From NCBI GenBank assembly GCA_965227835.1, contig OZ245768.1:480001-512000 (forward strand): a stretch of DNA of 32,000 bases, in the 5' to 3' direction. Shown piece after piece: positions 9,348 to 18,526 of the stretch; the first letter of the stretch is position 1; each line of letters begins with the position of its first letter. Made by a program: the position numbers and the translations under genes. The notes under the pieces were generated by a model. The model made no database searches, was not told the DNA's origin, and worked only from the letters and a program-made list of their open reading frames with translations. The DNA is from Candidatus Saccharimonadota bacterium. GTDB taxonomy: Bacteria > Patescibacteriota > Gracilibacteria > BD1-5 > UBA6164.

Positions 9348-10586
9348 TTATTCATTTATTATTATTTCTGGGACTTCAGGATGAGACAAAAAACCTTGTG
9401 GGGACATAGACTTTCAATATGCTCCAGACTGTGGCATAACCACATAATCTCATATATTTGCAGTAATTCAAGTTTTTCATTTAGCTAAATAATCAACAGA
9501 AGTACAAAAAGGTCAGTATATATTTACTAAATCTTCACTACAAACTCTTGCCTCCTCCAATCATAAATTTTTTAAAACATAGTTTATATCATCTTTTGTC
9601 TCAATATTTACTACATCTATATGATAATCTATTCACAAAACTTGAGGTCTTTTATGTGCATTTGTTCAAGCATAACAAAGTATTCATTTACTAGACTTTC
9701 ATACTTTTTTTATATCATTTATCTTAGTTACAAAATATCACATATCTGCTCACAAATATCTTCATAATTCTAATATAAAAGTCTTTTCTCAAAAACCATA
9801 TTTATCTATTAACTCTCATAATCACTCACTATATTTTTGTATATCAAACTTACTAAATCAACCGTAATCAACTCAAAATCATCAACCAAAATCTATAGTT
9901 CTAAAATTTTTTCAAGTTTTATTTTCTATTTCAGCTACAAACTTAAAAGTTTCATCTACACTTCTTAAAAGAACTCAAGCACTCATTATTCAAGTAGCTG
10001 GATACATATGAAATCAATCAACTTTTATATTTTCAAACTTAGATAATATCTTTAAAATTTCTATTGTATCATCTTGTGCTACTCAAAATTGTGTATCTCA
10101 ACTTCAAAGTTTTACTCAAGCCTCTCAATCCAAAAATTTATGTTTGGTATTTAGTCTAAGAAGTATATTTTGAACAATTCAGATTTCTCTAGCTTTTTTA
10201 TTTATCCTTATAGCTTCAACTAAAGATTCTACATTTAGATATCATATATTATTTTCTATACAAAAATCTAGCTCTTTAGAAGTTTTACTTGGTCATGTAT
10301 ATATGACACGACTTAGATCCTTCTCTCAGTTTGATAAAACTATATCTATCTCTCATCTAGATGCCACTTCTATTCATTTTATATTAGAATGTTTCAAAGC
10401 TTCATTTACCACTTTTTTATGAGGGTTTACCTTCATAGCAAAATAAGTATCTACTTTGCTTGGAAGACAAGATAAAATAGACATTTTAGATCTCATTACT
10501 TCAAGATCATATATATACATAGAATCAAGACTAGTATTTTCTCTTATAGTATTTACTATATTTTCAGGAGTTTTATATCTTTCCAT
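9348..10586 (-). CDS. Group IV PLP-dependent decarboxylase (diaminopimelate/ornithine/carboxynorspermidine decarboxylase family)
   Basis: 412-codon ORF, checked for stops. Motifs seen: YFAMKVNP (the PLP lysine), GIEVASRGE, GPSKTSKEL, IDFGGGFG, and C-terminal SGAYGKSMS. Confidence 0.85.
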
Positions 10587-10595
10587 ATTTTATTG

Positions 10596-11441
10596 TTAGA
10601 TTTTTCATATAAAAAATACTTCTACTTCTTTTTTTATTATGCTTTCTTTTTTAGGCATTATAAGAATCATATCCTCTTTTGCTATTACAGGTATTCATAA
10701 ATCTTTTCCTATCTCTTGTCATTTGTTTATTTTTAAAAAATTTCTTGGTTTTATAGAATATTTGAAGCTATTAGATTTAGCCACATAATATCATATTATC
10801 TCTGTTTGTGTCTTTTTTCAATTTATTTCTGTGTAGTGTTTTTTATCAATTAATCATAAAACAGATAAAAAATTTAGTACTATCTTATATGAAATATTTT
10901 CTCAATTTGGATTATCATGATTTCATGCTTCAAAAGTAATAGCTTGTCATCAATTATTATTCATATAACTTTCAGTAGTTCCGTCTATATTTTGTTTACC
11001 CTTTTGTTCACTTAGCTTTGTCCAACCAGATATAATATTATTTATTCCGGTTTTTTTAGCTAAACTTAAAGAATTTTCTTCTGAAAATGCAAAAGGTTCA
11101 GATTCTCATGATGTAGAATGTAAGTCTAGTAAATAATCAGATTCTTTTATTAATCACATAAGTTCTTTAGCTCTAGATGATTCATAACAATTGGGCTTTA
11201 TAGAGTCTAAAAATATCCTATTCATATTCTTATTTATCTCTCTTTTTCATTCTAATATTGCTTTTTGATTAGCTTCTACTACCAATATAAGACTTCATTT
11301 TTTTATCTTTATTTCTCCTGAAAGAATTTTTAGAGCAAGTTTTTTATTAGCTTTTATTCAAGAGGTTTCATTTCAATGAATACCTGAAAAAATCAGAACT
11401 TTAGGTTTTTTAGAAACTAGTCAATCTTGTTTAAATATCAT
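10596..11441 (-). CDS. Succinylglutamate desuccinylase/aspartoacylase (AstE/AspA, M14-like) family protein
   Basis: 281-codon ORF, checked for stops. It has the zinc-binding GIHGNE motif near the N-terminus and a later DLHS motif. Its stop is 10 nt upstream of the decarboxylase start, so the two probably form an operon. Confidence 0.8.
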
Positions 11442-11841
11442 TTACAATTTTTTAAAAGTAAGTTTAATTATATTTAAATATTTGTATAAATCAATACGAA
11501 TTTTACATTTTTTTAAGTAAAGGCTGAAAAATTCTTTAATTCATATAAAATAATAAATTTTTTAGTAAAAATTAGAAAAAAAGAATTGTTTTTCTTTTAA
11601 ATGAATTTTTCAAGGTTTCATTAAATATTTACTATTATATATCAAATTTAGATAAATAAAAAAATTTATTTTTGGATAACTATAGTTTTAAAATTTATAT
11701 AAAAATAGGGAAGTATAGAATATAAAAATTGTTATAAAGGTTTTATTTTTTTAAAATATGTAATATATAGCTTGTATATTTAAAATTAGAATTATTCTAT
11801 ATATTATAAATAAAGCAAAATGGGGAAGTTAAGAAAATTAA

Positions 11842-11875
11842 ATCACTTAACATAATATAACTTATGTTAAGTGAT
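11842..11875 (-). terminator. Strong hairpin in the 650-bp AT-rich spacer (possible aspartate kinase terminator)
   Basis: 14-bp perfect stem atcacttaacataa/ttatgttaagtgat with a 6-nt loop. It lies about 230 nt downstream of the stop at 12103. Confidence 0.4.
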
Positions 11876-12102
11876 ATTTAGAATAACATTTAGATAAATA
11901 ATACTCATAAAAAATAACAAAATATAAAAAATTAATCATAAAAATAAAAATTTAGATTTCATCAATTTAAAAAGTTTTAATTTTTTAGTTTAATAAATTT
12001 TTGAAATACGAAAAAGATTTTAATCATATTGAAATCTTATTTAAATTTATAACTCAAAATATTTATTTTAAAATTTTTAAGATCTACTCATAACAATAAA
12101 TT

Positions 12103-13578
12103 TTAATTTATAAATTCTTTATGTAATAAGTTTACAGCTTTTCTCATAGAAGAACTTTCTATTCCAAAAACCATAGATCTTTCCATAGCTCCTTGGGAAA
12201 CCAATATAGCATTTATTTGTCAACCCCAAAATACTTTGGAAGCTCTTGCTAAACTTCATAAAGTATGATTTAGATTTTGTCCTATACAAAAAATTAAGGC
12301 TTTATTTCTAGCATATTTTACAAAATTAGCTTCATTTTCTTCATTTATTCATAAAGATTCTCTTATATCATTAGAAACACCTTCAAGTATTTCATTGCTT
12401 ACTCAATTATCAATAGTGAAACTTACCTCTGTTTCTGAAGTTCAAACTATATCTACTGAAACTCCATAATTATGTGTAACTCAAAATATTGAAGAAAGTA
12501 TTCAAGACGAGGACATATCCCAAGAACTTATTGTAAAAAAAATTATATTATCTCTAGATCATATATATTCAACTCAGCTAGAATTATTGTTTTTATATCT
12601 AGATATTATAGTTCATTTTGTTTCTGAAAATGGATCAAAAAGTTTAATTTTTATTCAAGTATTTAAAAGTTCTTTTCTAAGTACTTGAGAATGAAGTAAT
12701 TTAGCTTGTGATCATCTTACTCAAGTAATCTCTTTGGCAGTTATATAATCTAAGCTTTCTATAAGTTTAGGTTTTTCATCATCTAATAGTCTAGGATCAG
12801 CACTAAGTACTCATTCAACTGATTTTTGTATTTCAAGTGTAATATCATAAACACTTGATAATCATATAGCTGTTATAGAAGCAGTAGCATCTGAGTATCC
12901 CCTTCAAATAAAGTTTTCTATTCATTTATCAAATCAAGGTATATATCAAGGTATTATTGGTATTTTTCATTCGTTTAATAATATCAAAATCCTATTTTTT
13001 ATAGATATAGCCAACTGAGAAAATATATCTTCTTGTTTTTCTCCTAAATTTTCAATTATTCAATTTAAATCTAAAACATCAGCCTTTAGTCAATATACAT
13101 TTAAATCATTTATAAGTTCTTTTTGTACAAAAGCAGATAACTCTTCTCAAAATCATATCAAAGATATTTTCTTGTCCTTATAATTTATACAATAATCATT
13201 GTCTTTACAAGGATACAGTTTATTATTTTGATCTAGCTCATTCCAATATTTTATGACTTTGGTAAGATTTAAATCAAAGTAATTTATTATTTGTCTTTCC
13301 ATATAATCATTCTCTCAAATTTTTTCTTTCAAAGTTTTAATATGGAAATTTTTTAACTCTTCTATTTTCTTGTAAGCTAAATTAATATCTTTGGTTATAA
13401 GATTAGCTAGCTCTATTAAATTATCAGTAGTATTAAATTTAGAGCTTCTTATAGCAGATACTACAACCAATTGCTTATTTCATTGTAAAAAATCATCCAG
13501 TATATTTTGAGGTGATTTTCTAAATTCAGAGGCATTCTCTCCTCACCATTTTTTAACCTTTAGTTTTTCAAAAGACAT
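12103..13578 (-). CDS. Aspartate kinase with C-terminal ACT domains
   Basis: 491-codon ORF, checked codon by codon. Motifs seen: KKWGGE, VVVSA, GRGYSD, SADPRL, GSQAKLLHSQ, followed by ACT-like IIFFTISS...GVSVDIVGTSETEVSF. Confidence 0.9.
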
Positions 13579-13600
13579 ATAAAAATAATAAAAAAATAAA

Positions 13601-13629
13601 AGAGCTTTTAGTAATTCTCTAAAAGCCCT
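13601..13629 (-). promoter_or_regulatory. Terminator-like leader hairpin 22 nt upstream of the aspartate kinase start (candidate attenuator)
   Basis: On the minus strand: GCUUUUAG / CUAAAAGC stem (13626-13619 / 13611-13604) followed directly by UCUUUUAUUUUUUU and then the ATG at 13578. Confidence 0.45.
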
Positions 13630-13905
13630 AATTTTTAATGCAATAAAAAAGACTTAATAGAGATACTCTATAAGTTTAATTATAATGGTTTTCATAATTA
13701 ATTTATACATAACCTTTTGCATTAAATATTACAAAATCATTATATAAATGATTTTATAATGTCAAAATTTTTTAAAATAAATCATTAAAAATTTATAAAT
13801 TTTTAATGATTTTTGATTCAATTCAACATCTTTTTACACCTTCTACAAATATTTTTCAATCATTCTCATCTCAGACTATGACTCAAAAAATAAAAAAATA
13901 TATAT

Positions 13906-14538
13906 CTAAAAATTAAAAACATTAACTACTTTACCATTAACAGTTATATTATCACTTTGAGATAATATAATAGGCTTGTGGTATTCATCACTACTATCTG
14001 GCATTAAATAAACTTCATTTTGTTCTTTTTTATATTTTTTTATAGTGGCTCAACCATTTACACTAAATAAAAAAACATCTTTAGAATTTAGCCTAGTATC
14101 AGTTTTTTTTACTAATACATAACTTCAATTAACTATAGACTTTCAATTTAACTCTACCCTATCCATTGATGTTCACTCAACCTTTAATACAAAATAATTA
14201 TCTTTATTTCATCAAGAAATAAGTTTTTTAGAAACAGGTAAAACTCAATAATCTGATTCTTGAGCATCAATTAAAGGAGTCCCTGCATTAGCATATCAAA
14301 GTATTGGAATATTTAGTGTAGTTTGGAATCACACAGAATTTCAAAGAGTTATAGATCTATATCATCTCCCCCTTGTTATAAATCATTTTTTTTCTAAACT
14401 TTCTAAATACTGCACTACTCCCCTTTTTGACCTTTGATTTAAAATTATACTAAGTTCTTCTATTGTTGGTGATTTTCAGTACTGAGATATATAGTCTACT
14501 ATTTTATCCAAGACTAATTGTTGTTTATCTGTAAGCAT
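13906..14538 (-). CDS. lexA: LexA repressor (S24 peptidase)
   Basis: 210-codon ORF, checked codon by codon. N-terminal winged helix LTDKQQLVLDKIVDYISQYGKSPTIEELS...LESLEKKGFI. C-terminal S24 domain with VEGTSM and GATIKKY (the Ser/Lys dyad). Confidence 0.9.
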
Positions 14539-14583
14539 AATAAATATTAATTAGAGGTTAAAACAAATATTTTTTTAAAATAT

Positions 14584-14600
14584 TATATACTCAGTATATA
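14584..14600. promoter_or_regulatory. 17-bp perfect palindrome TATATACT-C-AGTATATA, candidate LexA operator
   Basis: 8+1+8 dyad read directly. It contains the self-complementary AGTATATACT and overlaps the -10 box of the lexA promoter. Confidence 0.5.
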
Positions 14601-14620
14601 CTCACAAAATATTTTGTCAA
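14593..14620 (-). promoter_or_regulatory. lexA promoter
   Basis: On the minus strand: TTGACA (14620-14615), a 16-nt spacer, then TATACT (14598-14593). It lies about 55 nt upstream of the ATG at 14538. Confidence 0.5.
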
Positions 14621-14873
14621 AAAAAATTAAAAAATTGCAAAGTCTATCTATTGATTTTTATAATGTATGATTATAATTAATAAAATTTCAGTAATAATTT
14701 AAAGAGTTAATTTATAATCTTGTTCTATACTATTAATTATAATTAAGAAATTTAAAATTAGGTTTGTTCAAATATAAGTTAGGATTAGATTTTGATATAT
14801 ACAAAAACTTAGTGTAAAGTCCAAAATTTAAGATTAAGTAAAATTTAGGCTAATTAAAAATTAAATTCTAAAT

Positions 14874-15281
14874 ATGGAATCAATAAAAGGTTCTTGTCAT
14901 TGTAAAAAGATAACTTTTGAATTAAATGGCCCCATAATTTCTGCATATAATTGTCATTGTAAACAATGTCAACAGTTACATGGTTCAGCCTTTGTTACTC
15001 GGATTGGATTTAAACATAAGAATATAAAAATAAACGATAAAGAAAATAACTTTAAAACTTTTGATTCTGAAACTGCTCAAAGAGGTTTTTGCCTAAATTG
15101 TTGAAGTACATTTTATTTCAAATATACTGAGAAATGTATTTATGAAGATCAGAAAGAAGATGTGCATATCGCATACTCAAATATTGAAACAAAAATAAAT
15201 TTTAAACCTACTGAACATATTTATTATAATTCCCATGTTTCTTGGTTTGAATCTTTAAATAATCTACCTAAAAGGAAATAA
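14874..15281 (+). CDS. GFA (glutathione-dependent formaldehyde-activating / CENP-V-like) zinc-binding family protein
   Basis: 135-codon ORF. Cys pattern GSCHCKK...CHCKQCQQLHG...FCLNCGS (the Gly after C is TGA), typical of the GFA fold. Confidence 0.8.
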
Positions 15282-15329
15282 CTAAACTTAAATTTAAAAA
15301 TAACAAACTTTAAAAATAATCATATAAAT

Positions 15330-16142
15330 ATGAAAATACAAGAAGACAAAATAAAATCTGTAATAGTAGAAGTGGAAAATATGAAATCTCAAAAAGAATT
15401 TAGAAAAGCAAGAAAATTTATAGAAAACCATATAATGAAATTCAGTGATGATTATAGACTTTATGAAGAAATGGCAGATATAGACATCTACATATGAAAC
15501 TTAAACAAGGCTGAAAAATCTATAGATTATGCTCTTGAATTAAACAAAATGTCTGCTACTTGAAACTATTTAAAATGATTTATATTGCTATCAAAAAATA
15601 AACCTAAAGAATCATTGAAATATTTAGAAAAATCAAACGAACTACTTTGAAATAACTCTGAAGTATTAAGGAACTTATGATGGGCATATACTATGAGCAA
15701 CAATGTAGAAAAAGGTATAGCAATACTTAAAAGAGCTTTAGTTTTGGCTCCATGAGATACATTAATAGCTGAAGATCTCGCTATGGCCCTTATTTGAAAA
15801 TGAGAAATAGCTAAATGAAATAAAATACTTGAAGAAATTAAGAAGAGTATAAAAAAACAAAGTATGTAGAGCAAACTATAAAAAAATTAGCATATATTGA
15901 AAAGTAATCTTTTTATTTTTAGTAGGCAGATGGCTTTAGCCATTTGATATTTTGGAAAATTACTCTTTACTTGTTATTTACAATTATATAGCAAAACAAT
16001 TTGTACCTTAATTTACTATAAAATAACTAAACAAAAAAAATTATTCATAAACATTATCCAAAAAATCCTTTATTTTTATGATAAAAAAATAATTTTACTA
16101 CGGGTACTAAAAATTATGAAAAATAAAAATGAAACATTTTAA
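15330..16142 (+). CDS. TPR-repeat protein; 3' end uncertain (no in-frame TAA/TAG until 16140-16142)
   Basis: Codon-by-codon tracking. The first ~185 codons look like TPR helices (e.g. AEDLAMALIGKGEIAKGNKILEEI). The frame then stays open across repeated intergenic modules and overlaps the ftsA start by 14 nt. Confidence 0.6.
15927..15946 (+). repeat. Intergenic hairpin repeat, copy 4 (CAGATGGCTTTAGCCATTTG)
   Basis: Same stem and loop as copies 1 and 2. The 5' flank is GG instead of CAA. Confidence 0.75.
15974..16012 (+). repeat. Intergenic module B (TTATTTACAATTATATAGCAAAACAATTTGTACCTTAAT)
   Basis: About 80 percent identical to 17534..17571. Both copies lie on the + strand just after a hairpin or terminator. 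Confidence 0.7.
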
Positions 16143-17343
16143 AAAAAAAGAAATACAATCTGAAATAGTAGGTATAATAGATGTTTGAACCTATAAAATA
16201 AGAGTTGCTATATGCCAGTTTAATAAAGAGGATATAAAAATATTATGATTTTCAGAGAAAAGACAATCAAGTCTAGATATTGTAAATAATGACATAAAAA
16301 ATCTAGAATGAATATGTGAAAATATAAACCTTGCTTTTAAAAAAGCAATTGAACAATCATTAATAACTCCAGAAAAAATGGTTATAAATCCTATTTTTTG
16401 AAAGAGTTTTTTTTCAGCAAAAAAACTAAGCCATACAAGAAAAGATAAATACAGACTTATAAACCAAAATGAACTAAAATTCATCACTAAAAACTTAGAA
16501 AAAATAAGCTATATTACAGCTACAAAAACTATATTTGATAATTATCTATACCCTGAATCAGATCTAGAAGTAATTATATCAAATGTATCGGAAATAAAGA
16601 TAGATAAAGTTTCAGTTTCTGATCCAATACAAAAAAATGGAGAGAAAATATCTTTTGGTTTACTAAATATATTTTTATCAAAAAACAATATAGAGCTTTT
16701 AAATTATATAGCAAAATATTTAAAAAAAGATTTAGAAAAAATACTACCAGAAGAATTTTGTACCTCAAAAATATGAAGAGATAACGAAGAGTTAGTAATA
16801 ATAAATATATGAAATACATCTAGTTCTATAACTGTAAAAGACTCTGGGAATAATATAGAGTGAAGTTTAAATATATCTGTTTGAATAGACTCTTTAATAA
16901 AAAAAATAAAAAAAGAGAAAAATTTTTCTCAGGCTGATATAATAAAAAAAATAGATAGAAATGATTTTGCTTTGGAAGAAAAAGACGAATTTTTAGAAAT
17001 TTATTGTTTCCTAATTGCTAATTGATTAAAAGAAATACTCCAAGATAGGAATTGTCCGAGCAATTTTTTTGTAGTTGGATGATGAGCAGAAAATAGTTTT
17101 TTAAAGACATATATAAGGAATTTTGATTTTTCCAAACATATAAAAATAGATTCAAAAATAAAACTTGTTACCGCTGATGTTTGAAAAATAAAAAAAATAG
17201 TCAATGTGGAAAATATACTAAACAATTCAAACTTAAATATTATATCAATGATTATTGCCTACAATGATTTGAGGAATAAAAAAAATGATCAAGTTGAAAT
17301 TTGTTTAAAAGAAGCTTTAGAAGAGATAGTTAAAGAGGTTTAA
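16129..17343 (+). CDS. ftsA: Cell division protein FtsA (actin-like ATPase)
   Basis: 404-codon ORF, checked codon by codon. Phosphate-1 motif GIIDVGTYKIRVAI, then VIINIGNTSSSITV, and the adenosine motif VVGGGAE, in which two Gly are TGA (17080-17085). Confidence 0.85.
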
Positions 17344-17368
17344 AAAATTAATTTCATCAAATCCTAAT

Positions 17369-17391
17369 CAACAGAAGACTTTAGACTTTTG
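17369..17391 (+). repeat. Intergenic hairpin repeat, copy 5 (CAACAGAAGACTTTAGACTTTTG), degenerate stem
   Basis: The conserved flanks and loop are retained; the stem has one A.A mismatch. It lies 26 nt after the ftsA stop. Confidence 0.7.
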
Positions 17392-17440
17392 AGTTTTTTA
17401 GTACAGAAAATCATATATATTTTAATTTTGTTAGAATATT

Positions 17441-17463
17441 CAACAGAAAGTTTTAGCCTTTTG
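17441..17463 (+). repeat. Intergenic hairpin repeat, copy 6 (CAACAGAAAGTTTTAGCCTTTTG), degenerate stem
   Basis: The flanks CAACAGA and TTTTG and the loop TTTAG are retained. The stem is only partly complementary. Confidence 0.6.
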
Positions 17464-17490
17464 CTATTGTAGAAAGTTTATCTTTTTTAC

Positions 17491-17524
17491 AAAAACTCCC
17501 CTGTTTAAATCGAGGAGTTTTTTA
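17491..17524 (+). terminator. Intrinsic terminator of the ftsA transcription unit
   Basis: Stem AAAAACTCC(C)...(G)AGGAGTTTTT followed by a T run. It lies downstream of hairpin copies 5 and 6, which would therefore sit in the 3' UTR. Confidence 0.65.
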
Positions 17525-17533
17525 GTTTATTAT

Positions 17534-17571
17534 TATTTATAATATATATAGTAAAACAGTTTGTACTTAAT
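17534..17571 (+). repeat. Intergenic module B, second copy
   Basis: TTATTTATAATATATATAGTAAAACAGTTTGTACTTAAT; see 15974..16012. Confidence 0.7.
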
Positions 17572-17598
17572 CTATTCAGAGAGCTAAAAAAGAACATT

Positions 17599-17621
17599 CA
17601 AAGAGCTAAAGCTCTCTGTTG
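17599..17621 (-). repeat. Intergenic hairpin repeat, copy 7 (CAACAGAGAGCTTTAGCTCTTTG on the minus strand)
   Basis: Identical to copy 3 but on the opposite strand. It is in the same sense as the upstream minus-strand ABC ATPase gene and about 145 nt after its stop. Confidence 0.8.
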
Positions 17622-17701
17622 ATAAATTTTTACAAATTATATTTAATTTATAAAGCTGGTTTAAAATCATTGATTTTAAGATATATAATAAATACTTAGA
17701 C

Positions 17702-17726
17702 AAGAGGTCTTGACCCCTTGCATTTT
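17702..17726 (+). repeat. Second copy of the palindrome plus TTGCATTTT module (AAGAGGTCTTGACCCCTTGCATTTT)
   Basis: 24 of 25 nt identical to 6740..6764. Confidence 0.8.
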
Positions 17727-17765
17727 ACTCCCTTACTATAATCCCTTGCTTAAATAAAATTACTA

Positions 17766-18488
17766 CTACCTAGGAGAAACTTTTTTTATGAAAAAATCCT
17801 CTAATGATGATTTAGCTAAAATATTTTTAACTCTCTCTCACTCAACTATCAATTTACCTTTATCTATTATAGAAACTCTATCACATATACTTTCCACATC
17901 AGACAATATATGAGTATTTAAAAAAACAGTAGTTTTTTTCTTTTTCAAATCAGAAATAAGATTTTTTACATCCATTCTTCAAATAGGATCAAGTCAACTC
18001 ATAGGTTCATCTAAAAATAAAAGCTTAGGATTATTTATTATAGATTGAGCCAAACCTATTCTTTGAAGCATACCTTTAGAAAAATTTTTTAAATATTTAT
18101 CTCATTCTCATTTAAGTCAGACTTTATCTAACAAATCCAAAACAGTTTTTTTAAGTTTACCTCAAGATAATCAAAAAAACTTACCGTTAAATTCTAAAAA
18201 CTCATTTGCTTTTAAATATTTATACAGATAAGTATTTTCAGGCATAAATCATATATTGTTCTTATTTCCTATATTAAGACCTTTTTCTCATAAAACCTCT
18301 ATATTTCAAACATCAAAAGAAGAAATTCACATTATACACTTCATAGTAGTAGTTTTTCAAGCTCAATTAGGTCATAAAAATCAATAAATTTCTCATGGTT
18401 TCACATCAAAACTTATATTATCAAGTATTTTTTTTCAATTTATAGTTTTTGTTAATCATTCCACTTTTAAAACCATTTTTGATTTCAT
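17766..18488 (-). CDS. ABC transporter ATP-binding protein (single ABC domain, no adjacent permease)
   Basis: 240-codon ORF, checked codon by codon. Walker A GPNGAGKTT, signature FSKGMLQR and Walker [13 protein letters not shown]. Confidence 0.9.
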
Positions 18489-18526
18489 ATTATATTGTAA
18501 AAAAAGATAAAATAATTATAGTAATA

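Noticed and set aside
13579-13900. A lysine riboswitch (L-box) or T-box in the aspartate kinase leader.
   Set aside because: I could not find the conserved GC-rich core sequences of either class by eye. Only the terminator-like hairpin is reported.
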